NCBI GenBank assembly: GCA_002633005.1 | Contig: NMRA01000121.1 | Location: 501,018 to 565,017, forward strand | DNA: 64,000 nucleotides | Origin: Phoronis australis | Lineage: Eukaryota; Animalia; Phoronida | Direction of reading: 5' to 3' | Shown here: positions 27,301 to 38,425 of the stretch, one piece after another | Position numbering within the stretch: the first letter of the stretch is position 1 | Layout: each line of letters opens with the position of its first letter | Translations under genes and position numbers: made by a program | The notes under the pieces: generated by a model | The model's input: only the letters and a program-made list of their open reading frames with translations | Database searches by the model: none | What the model was told of the DNA's origin: nothing

Positions 27301-30300
27301 GTAAAACCGAACTTCAAAACTCTTGCATGAAAATTAAGCAGTCACCATGCAGCCCGTACACGCTTTCAACCCCAGTACGTATACAGGTTTCCTCTTATAT
27401 TGCATAGTATTCCCAGCTACGTTTTATAAGAAAATGAAACCAAATAATAAGAACAAAGAGGAGAAGGGGAATAAAAAAGACGCAGAAATAACAAAAAAGT
27501 TACTCATTAAAAGAGCTCAGAATGACAATATGAAATAGGCGTGAGCGAAGCAATCCGATGAATTTATTTAAATAAAAATTACCACTAAGCAATATTGTAT
27601 TTAAATCCTGGATAAAAGAGTTAGATACGAAGTGCATTATTCAGTAGTATATGACTGCTATATAATTCTTAAGCTTTGTACCTTGAGACTGTATTGCATA
27701 TTACTTGTAAGATCATATTCAACATTGACACTCGTATCTTCTTTCTTAAAATTGAACTTGGAGTCTTCCCGTATGTTGTCCCACAAAATCTTTACGTAAC
27801 GATCTCGGTCACTTCTAGATTGCTCGTGTTGAAAACCGATTGCGTGTCCCAGTTCATGACTGACAGTACCTGGCTGTAAGTAACAACAACAGATGTAACA
27901 TCAGCAGCAGCTTGCCGTAAAAGATAGTTACGACAAACATTCTTACTTGTTTGTTGTCAGTAAATCATTGATCTGCACTGTAAGTATCACACGGTCGTTC
28001 AAAAACCCGTCATTCCACTTTCGGTAGCAATGAGTGCTTATGGGACAACATGGAAGACGACGGTACTTAATTGATGTGGAATTAATTACTTCATTGACAT
28101 GTCGCAATGTCTAATAATGATTTTCATTTCATAAACTCATCAACGTTATTATCCATGGTAATTTTTTAAAGGAAATTAAACTAATATAACAAAAATTAAA
28201 ATCTTGTGGACAATACTCACAGAAGAAAGGTCTTTAAGTTCAAAAAAGGAAAATGTGATCTTGCTCCTGGTAAAAGTACTCAAAGATCACTTGCGAAAGA
28301 GCCCCAGGGCTTATTGAATGACTCCCATTTCATACACCTAGTTTCGGGAGCTAAGTAGGACTGAGCAATCAGTTGAAAACAATTCCCCGGAAAAGTACGT
28401 CAAAAGCAAACGTCACTGTACTCACGTGCATGCAATTTGCTTCATTTAACACAAGTTGTTGTTCGGCATACAGCATTCCAACATGGCAGCTGCAACTGGA
28501 ATTTACCATTGATAATGAAAATTAAACGTTTTAGCGATAATTAAGTTAATTACGCACTGCCAATTCAGCTGACATCGCGAGTGAATGTTGAAATAGTGAA
28601 AATGGTTAAGGCATTACCGAAGACCTTGAGACTTTCACGTTTCACCACTTAGCCGGCTTTTTCTCAGCTTCGGAACTTAGGAACATGAATTCTTGAAAAC
28701 GGCTCTGTAGATTTCGCTGAAAGTTTCCATCAATCTCAAAAACGCTATTAGAATTTTTGTTGTAAAGGCCTAGTTGTTGCGTAATGTAACAAAGGCGAAT
28801 ACGAGTGATATTTGTTGCAAAAATACCATACGATTTGCGAGTTGATTTGTCATAGAAACCAAACTAAAAGACTGGTCGAAAATTCGTAGCATCGTTTATT
28901 TGAGGTGACTGGTAGAGTTTTTATTTAAAAGTGTTTCATTAAAATCGACCGAGGAGTTATTTTGGTATGAATGTACGCTTCTTGCGAATAAAAATTTTGA
29001 CCTAAAAAGGTGTCCATGGAATAATAATAATGGCACATAAATAAAAAAACATATTTTCATAATCTCTGATCTGTTTTATTTCAGAAACTTTTAGTAGTTG
29101 ACAAGGGCTGGGTTTGTTGACATACGAGTTAGAATAGAGACCACTAAATAAGATTTGAGATGACCTTAAGTTTATGTAAGACCCTAGGAAGATGTCCAAA
29201 TATGGCTAACTTCGGGATAACATATTTCAGAAACGGCTTATAGGATCCATACGATACTATGGTTTGTGTACTGTTTTAAATGCATGAGGGGCTATCTGAT
29301 ATATTAGACTTATATATAATATTGATGGAAAAATTGCATTGAACGAAAACGAGATGATGTTTTCAAAAACTGTGGCAGCGTTCCTGGGATCTCATCTTGA
29401 TTATTTAAACCAAATAAAATTTGAAAATGGAAAATCTACTTGTTTAGTTTGCCTGGTGCTCTATTTGACTAGTGCATACGCGCTACGCATGTCTAACTTG
29501 AAACCACGGACTCGTGTCTCGACAAAGTAATGATGACAAAAACATGAAGAAGGTTTAACGCCTAACATTCATTAGAAAGAGTGCCTCGCGACTATATTTC
29601 CCGAACATAAACAAATACGACATGTAGACGAGTTCTGCATCTAGCTGTTTAATCAGTTAAACATCCATTTCTCTCAAGAAATCTCTATATTCCATTGGTG
29701 ATCTCATGTTGTCGTGTTCGGCAACTAACACCGGGATTAGGGACTAAAATGAGTAAGTAAAAAGTAGTTGGAAGCTGAAATTTGTTGCTGACATCGGCAA
29801 TCAGTATCCCATTACTTGTAATCTATCAAATAAAGGCTTGGCAAAGTCGTTGTTAACGTCCAATTTAAGAGCAATCGAAAGGCGGTGAATAAACAATTGC
29901 GCATGCGGGCATGCAAACATCATTGAAATCTCATTGGTTATGTTTTAGTTTTTCCGGGCATGCGCATTCATTGAAATATTCTGTCCCTGTGCATTTGTGA
30001 CATGCGACTGCCGCAACAAGAACAGATTCATTTGATGCATTCCAGACAAGTTCTTGTGTTTGATACAACCAAGCTAACGCGGAGTCAAACAAATACAACA
30101 AAATACTTTAGTACACTTTTTCAGTTGAAATAAGCCATATACATCATAATCTTCATCATTTAAATTCGATTTTAGTCATTTCCGAGTTGCATCTTTACGA
30201 CAAACGCTTGAATCAAGGCGTGCACACTGAGCCACCTTTCCATAAAGGTGTCTCTGTGTTACTGTTAGGAAATTCAAAGACACGTGGACTTGGGGAATTT

Positions 30301-33300
30301 GTGTACCCATGTCAAAAGCCAAGATTAGTTTCGATACACAATATACAAACATTTGATTCAAATTGAATGTTAGCCGTTTCATTCGCCAAACTCTAATTCA
30401 ATGAACTTTAAGTGGTAAAATTGTTTCTCGTATGCAAATGAAACATACGTAAAGACATACTTACTCACTACCAGTACCAATTGACACATAGGTAATTTCG
30501 TTTGTTCTGTATGGAAATCTCAAACAAGTCAAATTCTGCCAGTGATAAATGGTGTCCCAAACCATGTTACGTGACGAGGCCTCTTTGAATGGTCGTTTTT
30601 CGTCGAATTTCCATGGCACAACGGCGTTTGGCCAAGTGTTGACGCCTGTGCCCGCTTTCCGTTTCGAGTTTGCCCCCTGTAATTAAACAATAGTTTGGGT
30701 AGACTTTGATAAGCGCTACGCCGACTTTTATCTTTTTTACTAAGGTCCCCTCTCTACGTTCTCCGTGTAGTCTCTTGAGCCTCTGTGTCTCAGATTCTGT
30801 CGTTCTCCCTATATCCTAAATTCCATATTGTTCTTATTGATTCTTACGCTAGTTTTACCAATGAAACCCATATTTCAATCTGCGGCTCACCCTTCCTTTC
30901 TCTCTTCAGTTCCCGTTTTTGTCGCCTTTCTGTCTCTAATTAGTTTTTTTCATTCTAAACGCTCAAGCATTAAGTTCCTGCTTAGCTATGGCTAGTAAAC
31001 TTGTGAAATAGGCGGACTGATACAGACCAACTGGATTGAACAACCCTCTCAAAATCGGAAATATCACGACATTGCTTTTTGTCTGCCCATGCTTGGAAGC
31101 AAAACCTGGCGTGCGTTCAGTAACGCTAGGACCTACACTAGGACCTGGCTAAAATCTAGCAAAAGTCACGTGATCTCATTTAAAATGCACGGTAATATCT
31201 CACGTAATCTCGCGAAGTCTTGCTTTTTACCGAGGTCCTAGCGTTACTGAACGGGAGGTTGGTTTGTTATCCATGCTTAGGTTAAGAAGGGAGTGGCCAT
31301 AGTCCGTACAAACAAGATATCTCAATAAAGTACCTTTCCTGGAGCAGGACCATTCTCATTGACAGTTTCGTCAGGGTTGGATGGTTGTGATCCCGTCTGA
31401 AAATATTAGAGTTTGAGTTAGAACCAAGCATATTTCAGCCAACAGTAGGCTACGCCCAATGGTGTTGGACAATTATTTGAAATACAGACATCAAATACAG
31501 ACATCATTAAAGGAGAATGCCACCCAAAAAACAACCTAATTTGCATCAATTTATATTGAGTAGTTCTACTCGACAACAGCACGTTCGGTTGCGTTACCTG
31601 ACACCTGACGGCAGACGGAGGTATTGAAATTATCCAATGACGTAATTGCTTTCACACGCAGTCTGTTCAGCAGATCACAACACGGGTTACTGGTGTCAGC
31701 TTATCGCTTGAATTCATCGTTTAACACCAATAAATCGTCAAACTTCGATGTAAAACCCTTAAACATACACCGAGGTCTTGTAAAAACGTGTTGTTTTATT
31801 TCGCTGTTACAGATTTACTGGTATTTGGACACACCCTAGCCTACAAAGTTCGGCAGGCCAATTTACTAATTGGTCCGTAACACTGAGGAGTTTGGGGTCT
31901 GTTTGGAGATAAATTCTAAGCAATTTTCCGTGAAATACAGGCAGGGGAACCTAGATCTGTGTTGTTATACTTGTGATTTTTTGAGTTCTAAACACACAAA
32001 TGCTTGTTATCCGGCCGGCCAGTGGCTCGAAACCCGATCAGGCCCGTCGCAGCCGCCGGGACTGGCACGAACAAAAACCAATTTCAGTAGGAAACTAAAC
32101 CTCCAGTCACGAAAAGCTATAATAGTGAGCCCAAGAAATAATGTGCACGTAATTATTTATGTAAAATAGCCACGAAACTGAAAATCTACTCACTTGTCGG
32201 GGCCGCGATGTCGGGTTCCCCTTCCACAGACCGTCAGGGCAAAGGTTGTACAGAAACAATGATTTAAATAATGTATTTGTATTTCTAAATAAAGATTCCT
32301 CTAACATGTGACCAGAGCATATAAAATCGAGTAATTGGTTCACAACAGCTTTCTGTCAGCAAACAGTGAATTATCTTGCGCTCAGACGACCTCGGTGCCC
32401 GGTCAATTACCTTTGTTGCCGGCATCAAAATCCGGTAACCGGCAGTGGTTTATTCATTGCTGGCTTCTCAAAACATTTGCTCTCACGAGCACTCCAAGGC
32501 ATTACAAATTGTGTCTAATGAGACAGACTTTGTTTTTGTTTCATATAAGCATTGCTTAGGAAGAGAATAATTCATTTTGAAACAGAACACCGAATAATAA
32601 ATGTCTACTAATAAACGGCAACTTGCCACGGGCCAACTGAATCAGCTCAGGCGACGAAGACTTCACGGGTTGGATCATTAGTTTTCTCAGGCTATCAATT
32701 CGAACCGGAATACACAGATCAAGAAATACTAGAGAGACGCCGTGAACATGCACAGGCAACGGAACGTATGGATATGGTAAGCCGAATTTGTCAAAGAAAT
32801 CACCGTCGACGAAATGCCGGCCACAAACACGGAGATGTTTCACGGCCTCATACTTGCTATTAACAGCATTTCACTACCGCGAGCCACTTCCTAAGCATTT
32901 CGAGCTCTCGAGGAAGTCGAAAAAACGATATACCCGTTTTCTTTGCAGTTTCGTAGTTGGGAAAAGCAGGAACGATGCACCGCAATATAGCGGCATTCAC
33001 TCTGCAGACGAACCACTGACGTCACTGCGTCGTTTCTCACCTTCCTCACAGGTTAACGCGACACCTCTCAAGAAGGTAAGGGCGACCCTATGAGGCGATG
33101 TGGATATAGATCTATTAAGACGGTAAAAAGACTAATTAAATCGGGTGGTATTCTCCTTTAAAACTACTCTCTGTCGGAGTCTAATATGCCACAGCCTATA
33201 CAATGTTGTTGTTGATGACGCAGTTCTTTACTTACTTGGCCTCCACCAGGCAGCTCAATCACAACTTCCCCGTCATTGCGTTTTTCCTGGAATGTCAAGA

Positions 33301-35621
33301 TTTTTTGTTCAATGTCTCAAAAACCATTTGAAAGCAATCCATCAAGAGTTCGAGATTGTGGTGGGAGGTTGAGGCACGATATCAACTATTCTATGAACGC
33401 AGCAAAAGCTTCCTTTGGTTTTAGACTAAGGCGGTCCACTCAAGCCAGTACTGGCAAAGTGTCGCCACAACAGTCGCTTTTGGATGCGTTTTCTTCTTTC
33501 ATTTTCGGTGAGCGCTTTATCGGAAATCTCCACACACCATCTGTGTAGAAGCAGAACTTTCCAAACGCAAAGAAAAAGACGCCGTTCTGACGTACTATCG
33601 TATTTGTGTAAACACGAACATAAAGAACGGAGACTTTGTTGAAAACGCAAACAAAACAGCTGCGTTTTCAACAGGGACGTACATGTAACCACGCTAACCC
33701 AACTCGTATCAAAAATAGATTGTGGAGAAGACTTTGGCGTCTTATCTTCAAAACTGATCGTATTGCATATTATCTAATGTTCAGTTACCGCTCGCCTTCA
33801 AACCTCAAACTAGTGGTGTTACATACCCGAGGTTAATTCTTGCAGATATGACACTTTAAAACTGATTAAATTATTCGATGCTGAGCAGAAAAGATAACTG
33901 ACACTCGTAGATGACTGCAGCCTGCCAACCATTACGCGACCAAAATTCTAGCCTAAAAATAACAACCGACCGCCATAAAGTTGAATGACCGGTTGCCGAC
34001 TTATTTCAGACAAGTCGGACAAAAATTGATGTCTGATGATCTAACGATTAGGGTTGGGTGCTAGTAATTAGATTTCAATTCTTTTTCAAAGTAAAAGTAA
34101 AGTTGGTATTTGTTTAGTATTTTAATCCCGCCGGAGTGCACTTGACAAAATATTTTGACGGGGTGCGCCACTGGGAAGAGCCGTTCTTTTCTACACTGGC
34201 GTTCATACATTTACCTATTCCCAGGTTTAATATGACCTCATTGTGAAATTCGATGTCGCGATTTTTTTTAATGCTGTCGTAACAAGGACTCAACACAAAA
34301 TCAACATTCGTCATTTAAGCAAAAGTGTACCCAGATTCAGCACCTTGTCACATTATTTTGATTTCCAAATTCGGTGGTCATTCTTCGAAAGCCTACTGTG
34401 ATATAACACACTTTCCTCTGCTTTCACATGGGAAGAGAGAAAAGCGATAAAGAGACAAACGTTTTAGAAGCGATAGAAGACATGGCTCATGAAAGTGTGT
34501 ATCCCCATTTCTGATTCCGTCACCCTTCTGTTGCACTTGCCTTAAAGTGGAACATGCAGGCTAATTCCTTATCTCTGTAACTGCTTGGTCAAATAAGATA
34601 TAAATAAACACAACATTTTGCGACGACGTGAATGTAAAGTTCATGTACCTCGAAAATTGCCAAATGTTTTCAAATACGATTTTCGTGTCGAAAACGATCC
34701 TTCGTAAATCACCGAGTCCAGTAATTATCGTGACGTGGTGTTGGGGAATAACACTGCATGATTTTGTGAGCTTCCAAGGTACGTCTTTAGTGCAAAGGTC
34801 ACTTATTTGCAGAATATTTTGTTTTCACATTTACAAGTTGTCAATGAATACAACTGCACTGTGTTAAGCGTAGATGATGTTGAAATAACATTGTCGTTTC
34901 GTTCCAGCTATACAATAGTACAGTTAGGAGCATACAAATACATCTTTAACGCTAGCCTTCTAATTAGTCGGTCGTTTTCTCACACTTCACGCTCATTCAC
35001 TTCGTTCTGTGGCCTAAACAGGAAACTTGTGAATTAGGCCGTGAACGGTGTCAAATGTTTTGGCTATGGAAGCACTTTCAATCACTTTCATGAAGAACTG
35101 ATTGATCCCTTCAAATCTTTAAAAGGTTGAGCAACCCTGTCAAAAATTGGAAATGTTATAACACTCGTTTTTGCTTGCCCTTGCTCTCCTCAGATATATT
35201 TTGGTGGGTTGCAGATCCACCCTGGTTTGTTATTCATGTTTAGGTTATGGTTCATATAGACAAGATATCTCAAACAGTACCTTTCCTGAGGCACGACCAT
35301 TTTCATTGACCGTTTCATCCGCGTTGGAGTATTCTGATTCCATCTGAAAATATTAAGAGTTACTCAAAGCAGAACAGCTGGGAACCAAGCATGCTTAAAT
35401 AATACGTCCAATGGTGTGCAGACTTTTCTTTTACTTCAGGACCTGGGACCTTTAATTCAACTAAAGGCATCATTATGACTACTTTCCGCTGGTGTTTAAC
35501 ATGTCAGTTTATATGTTGTTCAGTTGTTGATGGCGCAGTACAGTCTGAAAGCCACTCGCTCAATACTTACTTGACCTGAACCAGATAGCTCAACAGCAAT
35601 TTCCCCGTCATTGCGTTTTTC
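15253..35621 (-). CDS. Astacin-family (M12A) zinc metalloprotease, propeptide-astacin-EGF-CUB-MAM-MAM (BP10/SpAN/meprin-like); 5' end unresolved
   Basis: Phase-consistent chain of GT-AG exons from 35621 to the stop at 15253; HELGHAIGFQHEQSRSDRD zinc motif and SNMQY Met-turn; signal-peptide exon not located. Confidence 0.92.
15620..15798 (-). CDS. MAM domain 2 exon
   Basis: YCFSLSYNMNGDDIGLLEV...IWRKEGKQGNVW. Confidence 0.92.
16163..16295 (-). CDS. MAM domain 2 exon
   Basis: GTTPTKNTGP...YLYAEMTG...IESP. Confidence 0.9.
16740..16831 (-). CDS. MAM domain 2, first exon
   Basis: VSCDFENGDMCKW...W. Confidence 0.9.
16872..17059. repeat. Imperfect ~190-bp palindrome
   Basis: Arms CTTGATACAGAGTTGCTTGTAGTGTCG / CGACACTACGAGCCACTCTGTATCAAG, with further pairing outwards. 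Confidence 0.75.
17837..17975 (-). CDS. MAM domain 1 last exon + S/T/P linker
   Basis: IKFEGTFTASYQSGIVFDEVSMLLGSC...PPTTP. Confidence 0.88.
18387..18562 (-). CDS. MAM domain 1 exon
   Basis: YCFKFKWVMFGSDPGNLKV...LWSTAGEKSTSWQ. Confidence 0.9.
18888..18975 (-). CDS. MAM domain 1 exon
   Basis: HEDGTAYVYGWGSPAKPGATAVLST; phase 0-1 bridges the neighbouring exons. Confidence 0.8.
19464..19549 (-). CDS. MAM domain 1, first exon
   Basis: VNCNFDRSICHWQQNKDDDRDW. Confidence 0.92.
19855..20474 (-). mobile_element. Non-autonomous Kolobok-like DNA transposon, family B, with THAP-domain remnant
   Basis: TTAA on both sides; imperfect TIR AGAGTCCCCACCATG / AGACTTCTCACCATG; MKRCVCGGC...W..FV...LCSAHF THAP signature at 19997-20245. 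Confidence 0.75.
21880..22330 (-). mobile_element. Possible highly decayed LINE (CR1/L2-like) 3' end
   Basis: Broken words resembling ERVQRRATKL and SFF...EI.SA; many stops. Confidence 0.25.
22967..23115 (-). CDS. CUB domain, last exon
   Basis: YCGSF...EIMLTFNT...RKGFSFT. Confidence 0.88.
23789..23919 (-). CDS. CUB domain, middle exon
   Basis: IILTFEDFELDE...CRHSLEI. Confidence 0.9.
24247..24365 (-). CDS. CUB domain, first exon
   Basis: CGGVF...IQSPNYPNNYDLNKICVYVIK. Confidence 0.93.
24963..25082 (-). CDS. EGF-like domain exon
   Basis: SCTNQCENHGY...CICKCPKGLTGKCD, six Cys; phase 1-1. Confidence 0.92.
25431..25498. mobile_element. 68-bp micro-MITE with 5-bp TSD
   Basis: CACGGGTGGCGCA...TGCCGCCCGTG flanked by GAAAG on both sides. 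Confidence 0.7.
25900..26360 (+). mobile_element. Degenerate RLE-type non-LTR retrotransposon fragment (HERO/NeSL-like)
   Basis: KAAGLGQQDTWT, LLRSVHGILPTPTNL, IEQILSSC..SL.GGLLTWRHSQVL and IEFLRPGE match the zinc-knuckle region of HERO-type ORFs; in-frame stops present. Confidence 0.7.
26562..26688 (-). CDS. Astacin domain, C-terminal exon
   Basis: AFSKNGRPTI...VGSRSGLTFYDVKMANLLYNC. Confidence 0.95.
27682..27873 (-). CDS. Astacin catalytic exon
   Basis: HELGHAIGFQHEQSRSDRDRYVKILWDNI...YDLTSNMQY. Confidence 0.97.
28426..28495 (-). CDS. Astacin domain exon
   Basis: CSCHVGMLYAEQQLVLNEANC; phase 2-0. Confidence 0.88.
30465..30676 (-). CDS. Propeptide end and start of mature astacin domain
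   Basis: SKRKA...WPNAVVPW...IYHWQNLTCLRF. Confidence 0.93.
30741..30815 (-). CDS. Candidate propeptide exon (DIGRTTESETQRLKRLHGERREGTL)
   Basis: Open, phase 0-0, bridges the flanking exons; weak donor. Confidence 0.45.
31114..31253. mobile_element. Small palindromic MITE
   Basis: 21-bp inverted repeat CGTTCAGTAACGCTAGGACCT / AGGTCCTAGCGTTACTGAACG. Confidence 0.7.
31334..31396 (-). CDS. Propeptide micro-exon B2 (TGSQPSNPDETVNENGPAPGK)
   Basis: 63 nt, canonical sites; paralog of 35281-35343 with several synonymous differences. Confidence 0.7.
31511..33157 (-). mobile_element. Non-autonomous Kolobok-like DNA transposon, family A, copy 1 (both ends)
   Basis: TTAA TSD; TIR AGGAGAAT(G/A)CCACCC; THAP remnant (HLRVCGRHF) on minus strand. 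Confidence 0.88.
33236..33286 (-). CDS. Propeptide micro-exon A2 (EKRNDGEVVIELPGGGQ)
   Basis: 51 nt, CAG|...|GTAAGT; paralog of 35571-35621. Confidence 0.7.
35281..35343 (-). CDS. Propeptide micro-exon B1 (MESEYSNADETVNENGRASGK)
   Basis: 63 nt, canonical sites. Confidence 0.7.
35571..35621 (-). CDS. Propeptide micro-exon A1 (EKRNDGEIAVELSGSGQ)
   Basis: 51 nt, CAG|...|GTAAGT. Confidence 0.7.
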
Positions 35622-36982
35622 CTGAAATGTCAAAAATGTTCCCATTTGACGCCACAAGATGTAGAATATAAATCGGTAAATAAAACAACAAGAATGGATC
35701 AACTGAAATTTGAAATTTTCGGATGTAATAACTTACTTTGTCAACAAAAACAGAAATAAAGTAAAATCAAACACTATATGCCACAAGAGCAATTCATGAA
35801 GAGTTCGAGATTGGGCAAGGAGGTTAAGGCGAGATGTCAACCATACTATGAGCACAGCAAACACGTTCATTGATTTTTGTCAAAAACCGTGTACCCATTT
35901 AAGGATGGGGGCCGTTTTGCTGGTCCGCTGTCGCAAAGAAATGAGATCTTCAATGCCTAGGTGCAGTGATCTCTTGATTTAGACGTTAAAAATGAATAGG
36001 CCTGTACTGTGTAATGGTTTGGAATCCTGGTAAGAGAGTAGAAAATAATTTTTGATAAATGAATGACTAAGAAAACCTTTTTGTCAATCACAGAACTTCA
36101 GTGATCACTTCGATAGTTAAACGTTTTTCACACAGGATTAAAACTTAGAAACGTGAATGTTTCGATACCTTCATACTGGAACACACGCATGATAGCGCAG
36201 CAAGCAATACACAAAGCCTTTCAGCTAACATCTCAGCAGATTTGGTTTTCACTAATTTTACTTTCAACAGCGCCCTATATAAGAGTTAGTTATGCAATTT
36301 CGTTTATTTTACACGCACATTAATGAATGAAATGAGCTGCTGGTATTCTCCCATATTATTTTTATGATCTCATACATTTAACAAAGAGCTATGAATTTTG
36401 TGAGGTCAAGAACTTTTGTCCGACCGGTCGTTCAGTCGACTAGCAACGGTCTGATAGGAGTCGCCACTGCGGTAACCACTTAAGTTGCAATTGATACCCA
36501 ACTGCTTCAGTTGAAAATGCAAATAAAAGAGGTGCGTTTTCAAAATGAAAACGCCGTCATGTTTACCGGAAAGACTCTCACGAGTCGAAAATAGATTGTG
36601 GAGAAAACTTTCATGACATGACTTGACTTCAAAACTGGCCGCATTGTCCATATCTTATGCTCTTATGCCGTCAAACTTCGAGTTATTGATGTCACACACC
36701 CGAGGAGAACTCTTGCAGCAGTGACACTCATAGGTCACTGCAGTCTGCCAACCTACTGTGCAACCGAAATTCTACCCTAAAATCAGACAACCAAGCTCGG
36801 TTTAGGGACCTGTCGGACAAAAATTCATGATCTCTACTGTAGTTACGCAATTTCGATTAGTTTACACACACATTCTATGGTGTTCTCCCATATTATTTTT
36901 GAAATGCCATACATTTCAGGGCGAACAATTGTTTGGGCAGCTGATCGAAGTACACTTCGCTAAGCAAAACAATTATCTCCCG

Positions 36983-37450
36983 ACTTGACATGTTTCGGTG
37001 TCATTTATTTAACCACCATCATCAGAAGAGAGAATACAGTGGCCAACTAGCTAGGCCCAGCAACAAGTAATGAAGCACAGATATAGTCAGTTACAGGGAG
37101 TGACAATAAACTAGACCATCAATGACAACCTGTGGTGTGCCTATTGAGATAGGGCTTGCACCAACTGACGACTTTTAAGCTCCTTTGTTGTTACTGCTTG
37201 GTGTATTATTGCAGGCAGTAACAACAAAGGAGTTAAAAATTCGTGAGGCTTTACACATCAGTTGGTGCAAGCCCTATCTCAATAGGCAACTGGCACACCA
37301 CAGGTTGTCATTGTTGGTCTAGTTTATTGTCTCTCCTTGTAACTGACTGTATCCGTGCTTCATTACTTGTTGCTGGGCCTAGCTAGGTGGCCACGGTATT
37401 CTCTCTTCTTGTAATGGTGTTTGAATAAACGACACCGAAACATGTCAAGT
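36983..37450. mobile_element. Fold-back Penelope-derived element (inverted GIY-YIG tail + pLTR)
   Basis: ~220-bp arms; right arm encodes KELKIREALHISWCKPYLNRQLAHHRLSLLV*; hammerhead at the outer end of each arm. Confidence 0.85.
36984..37028 (-). ncRNA. Minimal type I hammerhead ribozyme, core intact
   Basis: CUU-CUGAUGA-UGGUG...CACC-GAAA-CAUG-UC-AAG: stem I CUU/AAG, palindromic stem III, GUC triplet. Confidence 0.8.
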
Positions 37451-37741
37451 GGACTTAAAACCGTGGTTGTTTTTATTAATATATTCTGCTACTTGCTGTC
37501 ATGGAGATCTCCCGAATACCTTCTAACCGACAAATCCTTAGATGTTTTTCTACAAATTTGTCAATTTTCAGTAGATTTCTATTGTTTCATTTTAATTGCT
37601 GGTTTTTGAAATAGCCACGCCATATTGACATTCACTATCAGAAGGCGATCAGGTCTTTGATGGACAGGCGTTCAGCGCCTCTTACGGATCCCATGTAATG
37701 CAATAGCTTTCAAGCAACTGTTATAAACAGCGGTTTAGCAC

Positions 37742-38425
37742 CTTCTCCAGCTCCTGTAGTGCCGGCAAACTCCCACTGCTGTGCGATGGGGTGTGTTAAT
37801 GGGTTACGGGAAAGGGCAAACCTCTTGAAATAACCATGGATAAAGCACGTCATATTTCATACATGCGAAGAATAATCCGTGGCAGCGGGATGCGAGATTT
37901 CGGTATCAGTTAAATAAATTTTTGAACTTAACCTAATCAAACAATCGGAAGGACTGAGAGTGGTTTTTTCCTCTGTTTTTAAACTAATGAACCACTATAT
38001 GTAGTAATTGTGTTTCTGTCCAACCGTTCTGAGTCGATATCAAATGGAAGTCGCCTTCTTGATCTCCAAGTTCTAGAGAGCGCCAACAAGAAAAGGCCGT
38101 TATTTGAAGTACGTGTAGCTATTTCCTTTTGAAACTACGTCCGCCAGTGTCAAATGGGTGGTGCAGCACTGAAATAAGTGGAGTGCTATAGCCCTCAGCC
38201 CCCTATCAGGTGCGCCGCCCATGTGTCAAGATGACAACGCATGGGTAAAAATTCTCGTTTCTTTCTTTTCAATTACAAACTAGGAGATCCTGATCGACAT
38301 TCATCGAAAACACTCGTATAAGAATCATCAGTGCTAAAAATAACGTAATCGGGATTTATTCAAATCACTTTTTGTAAAAAAGTCCATTTGAACTTGAACG
38401 TGTCTCAATGAGTTCGCTCAAACCA
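37742..38425 (-). CDS. Candidate upstream propeptide micro-exons (38425-38369, 38072-38025, 37778-37742)
   Basis: Phase-compatible reading GLSELIETRSSSNGLFYKK-TWRSRRRLPFDIDSER-SGSLPALQELEK joins exon A1; no homology support. Confidence 0.35.
38153..38223. mobile_element. ~70-bp micro-MITE with 5-bp TSD
   Basis: (A)ATGGGTGGTGCA...TGCGCCGCCCATG flanked by TGTCA on both sides. Confidence 0.65.

Noticed and set aside
30891-30955. Extra propeptide exon with GTGAGC donor
   Set aside because: No phase-0 open reading from the available acceptors; left unresolved
31507-33161. piggyBac assignment for the TTAA elements
   Set aside because: Termini are AG...CT rather than CC...GG, and they carry THAP remnants
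3103-35621. One giant astacin-MAM-Sushi-lectin gene
   Set aside because: The MAM exon ends in TAA with a downstream AATAAA, its possible donor is phase 2 while the Sushi exon needs phase 1, and a separate signal-peptide exon exists
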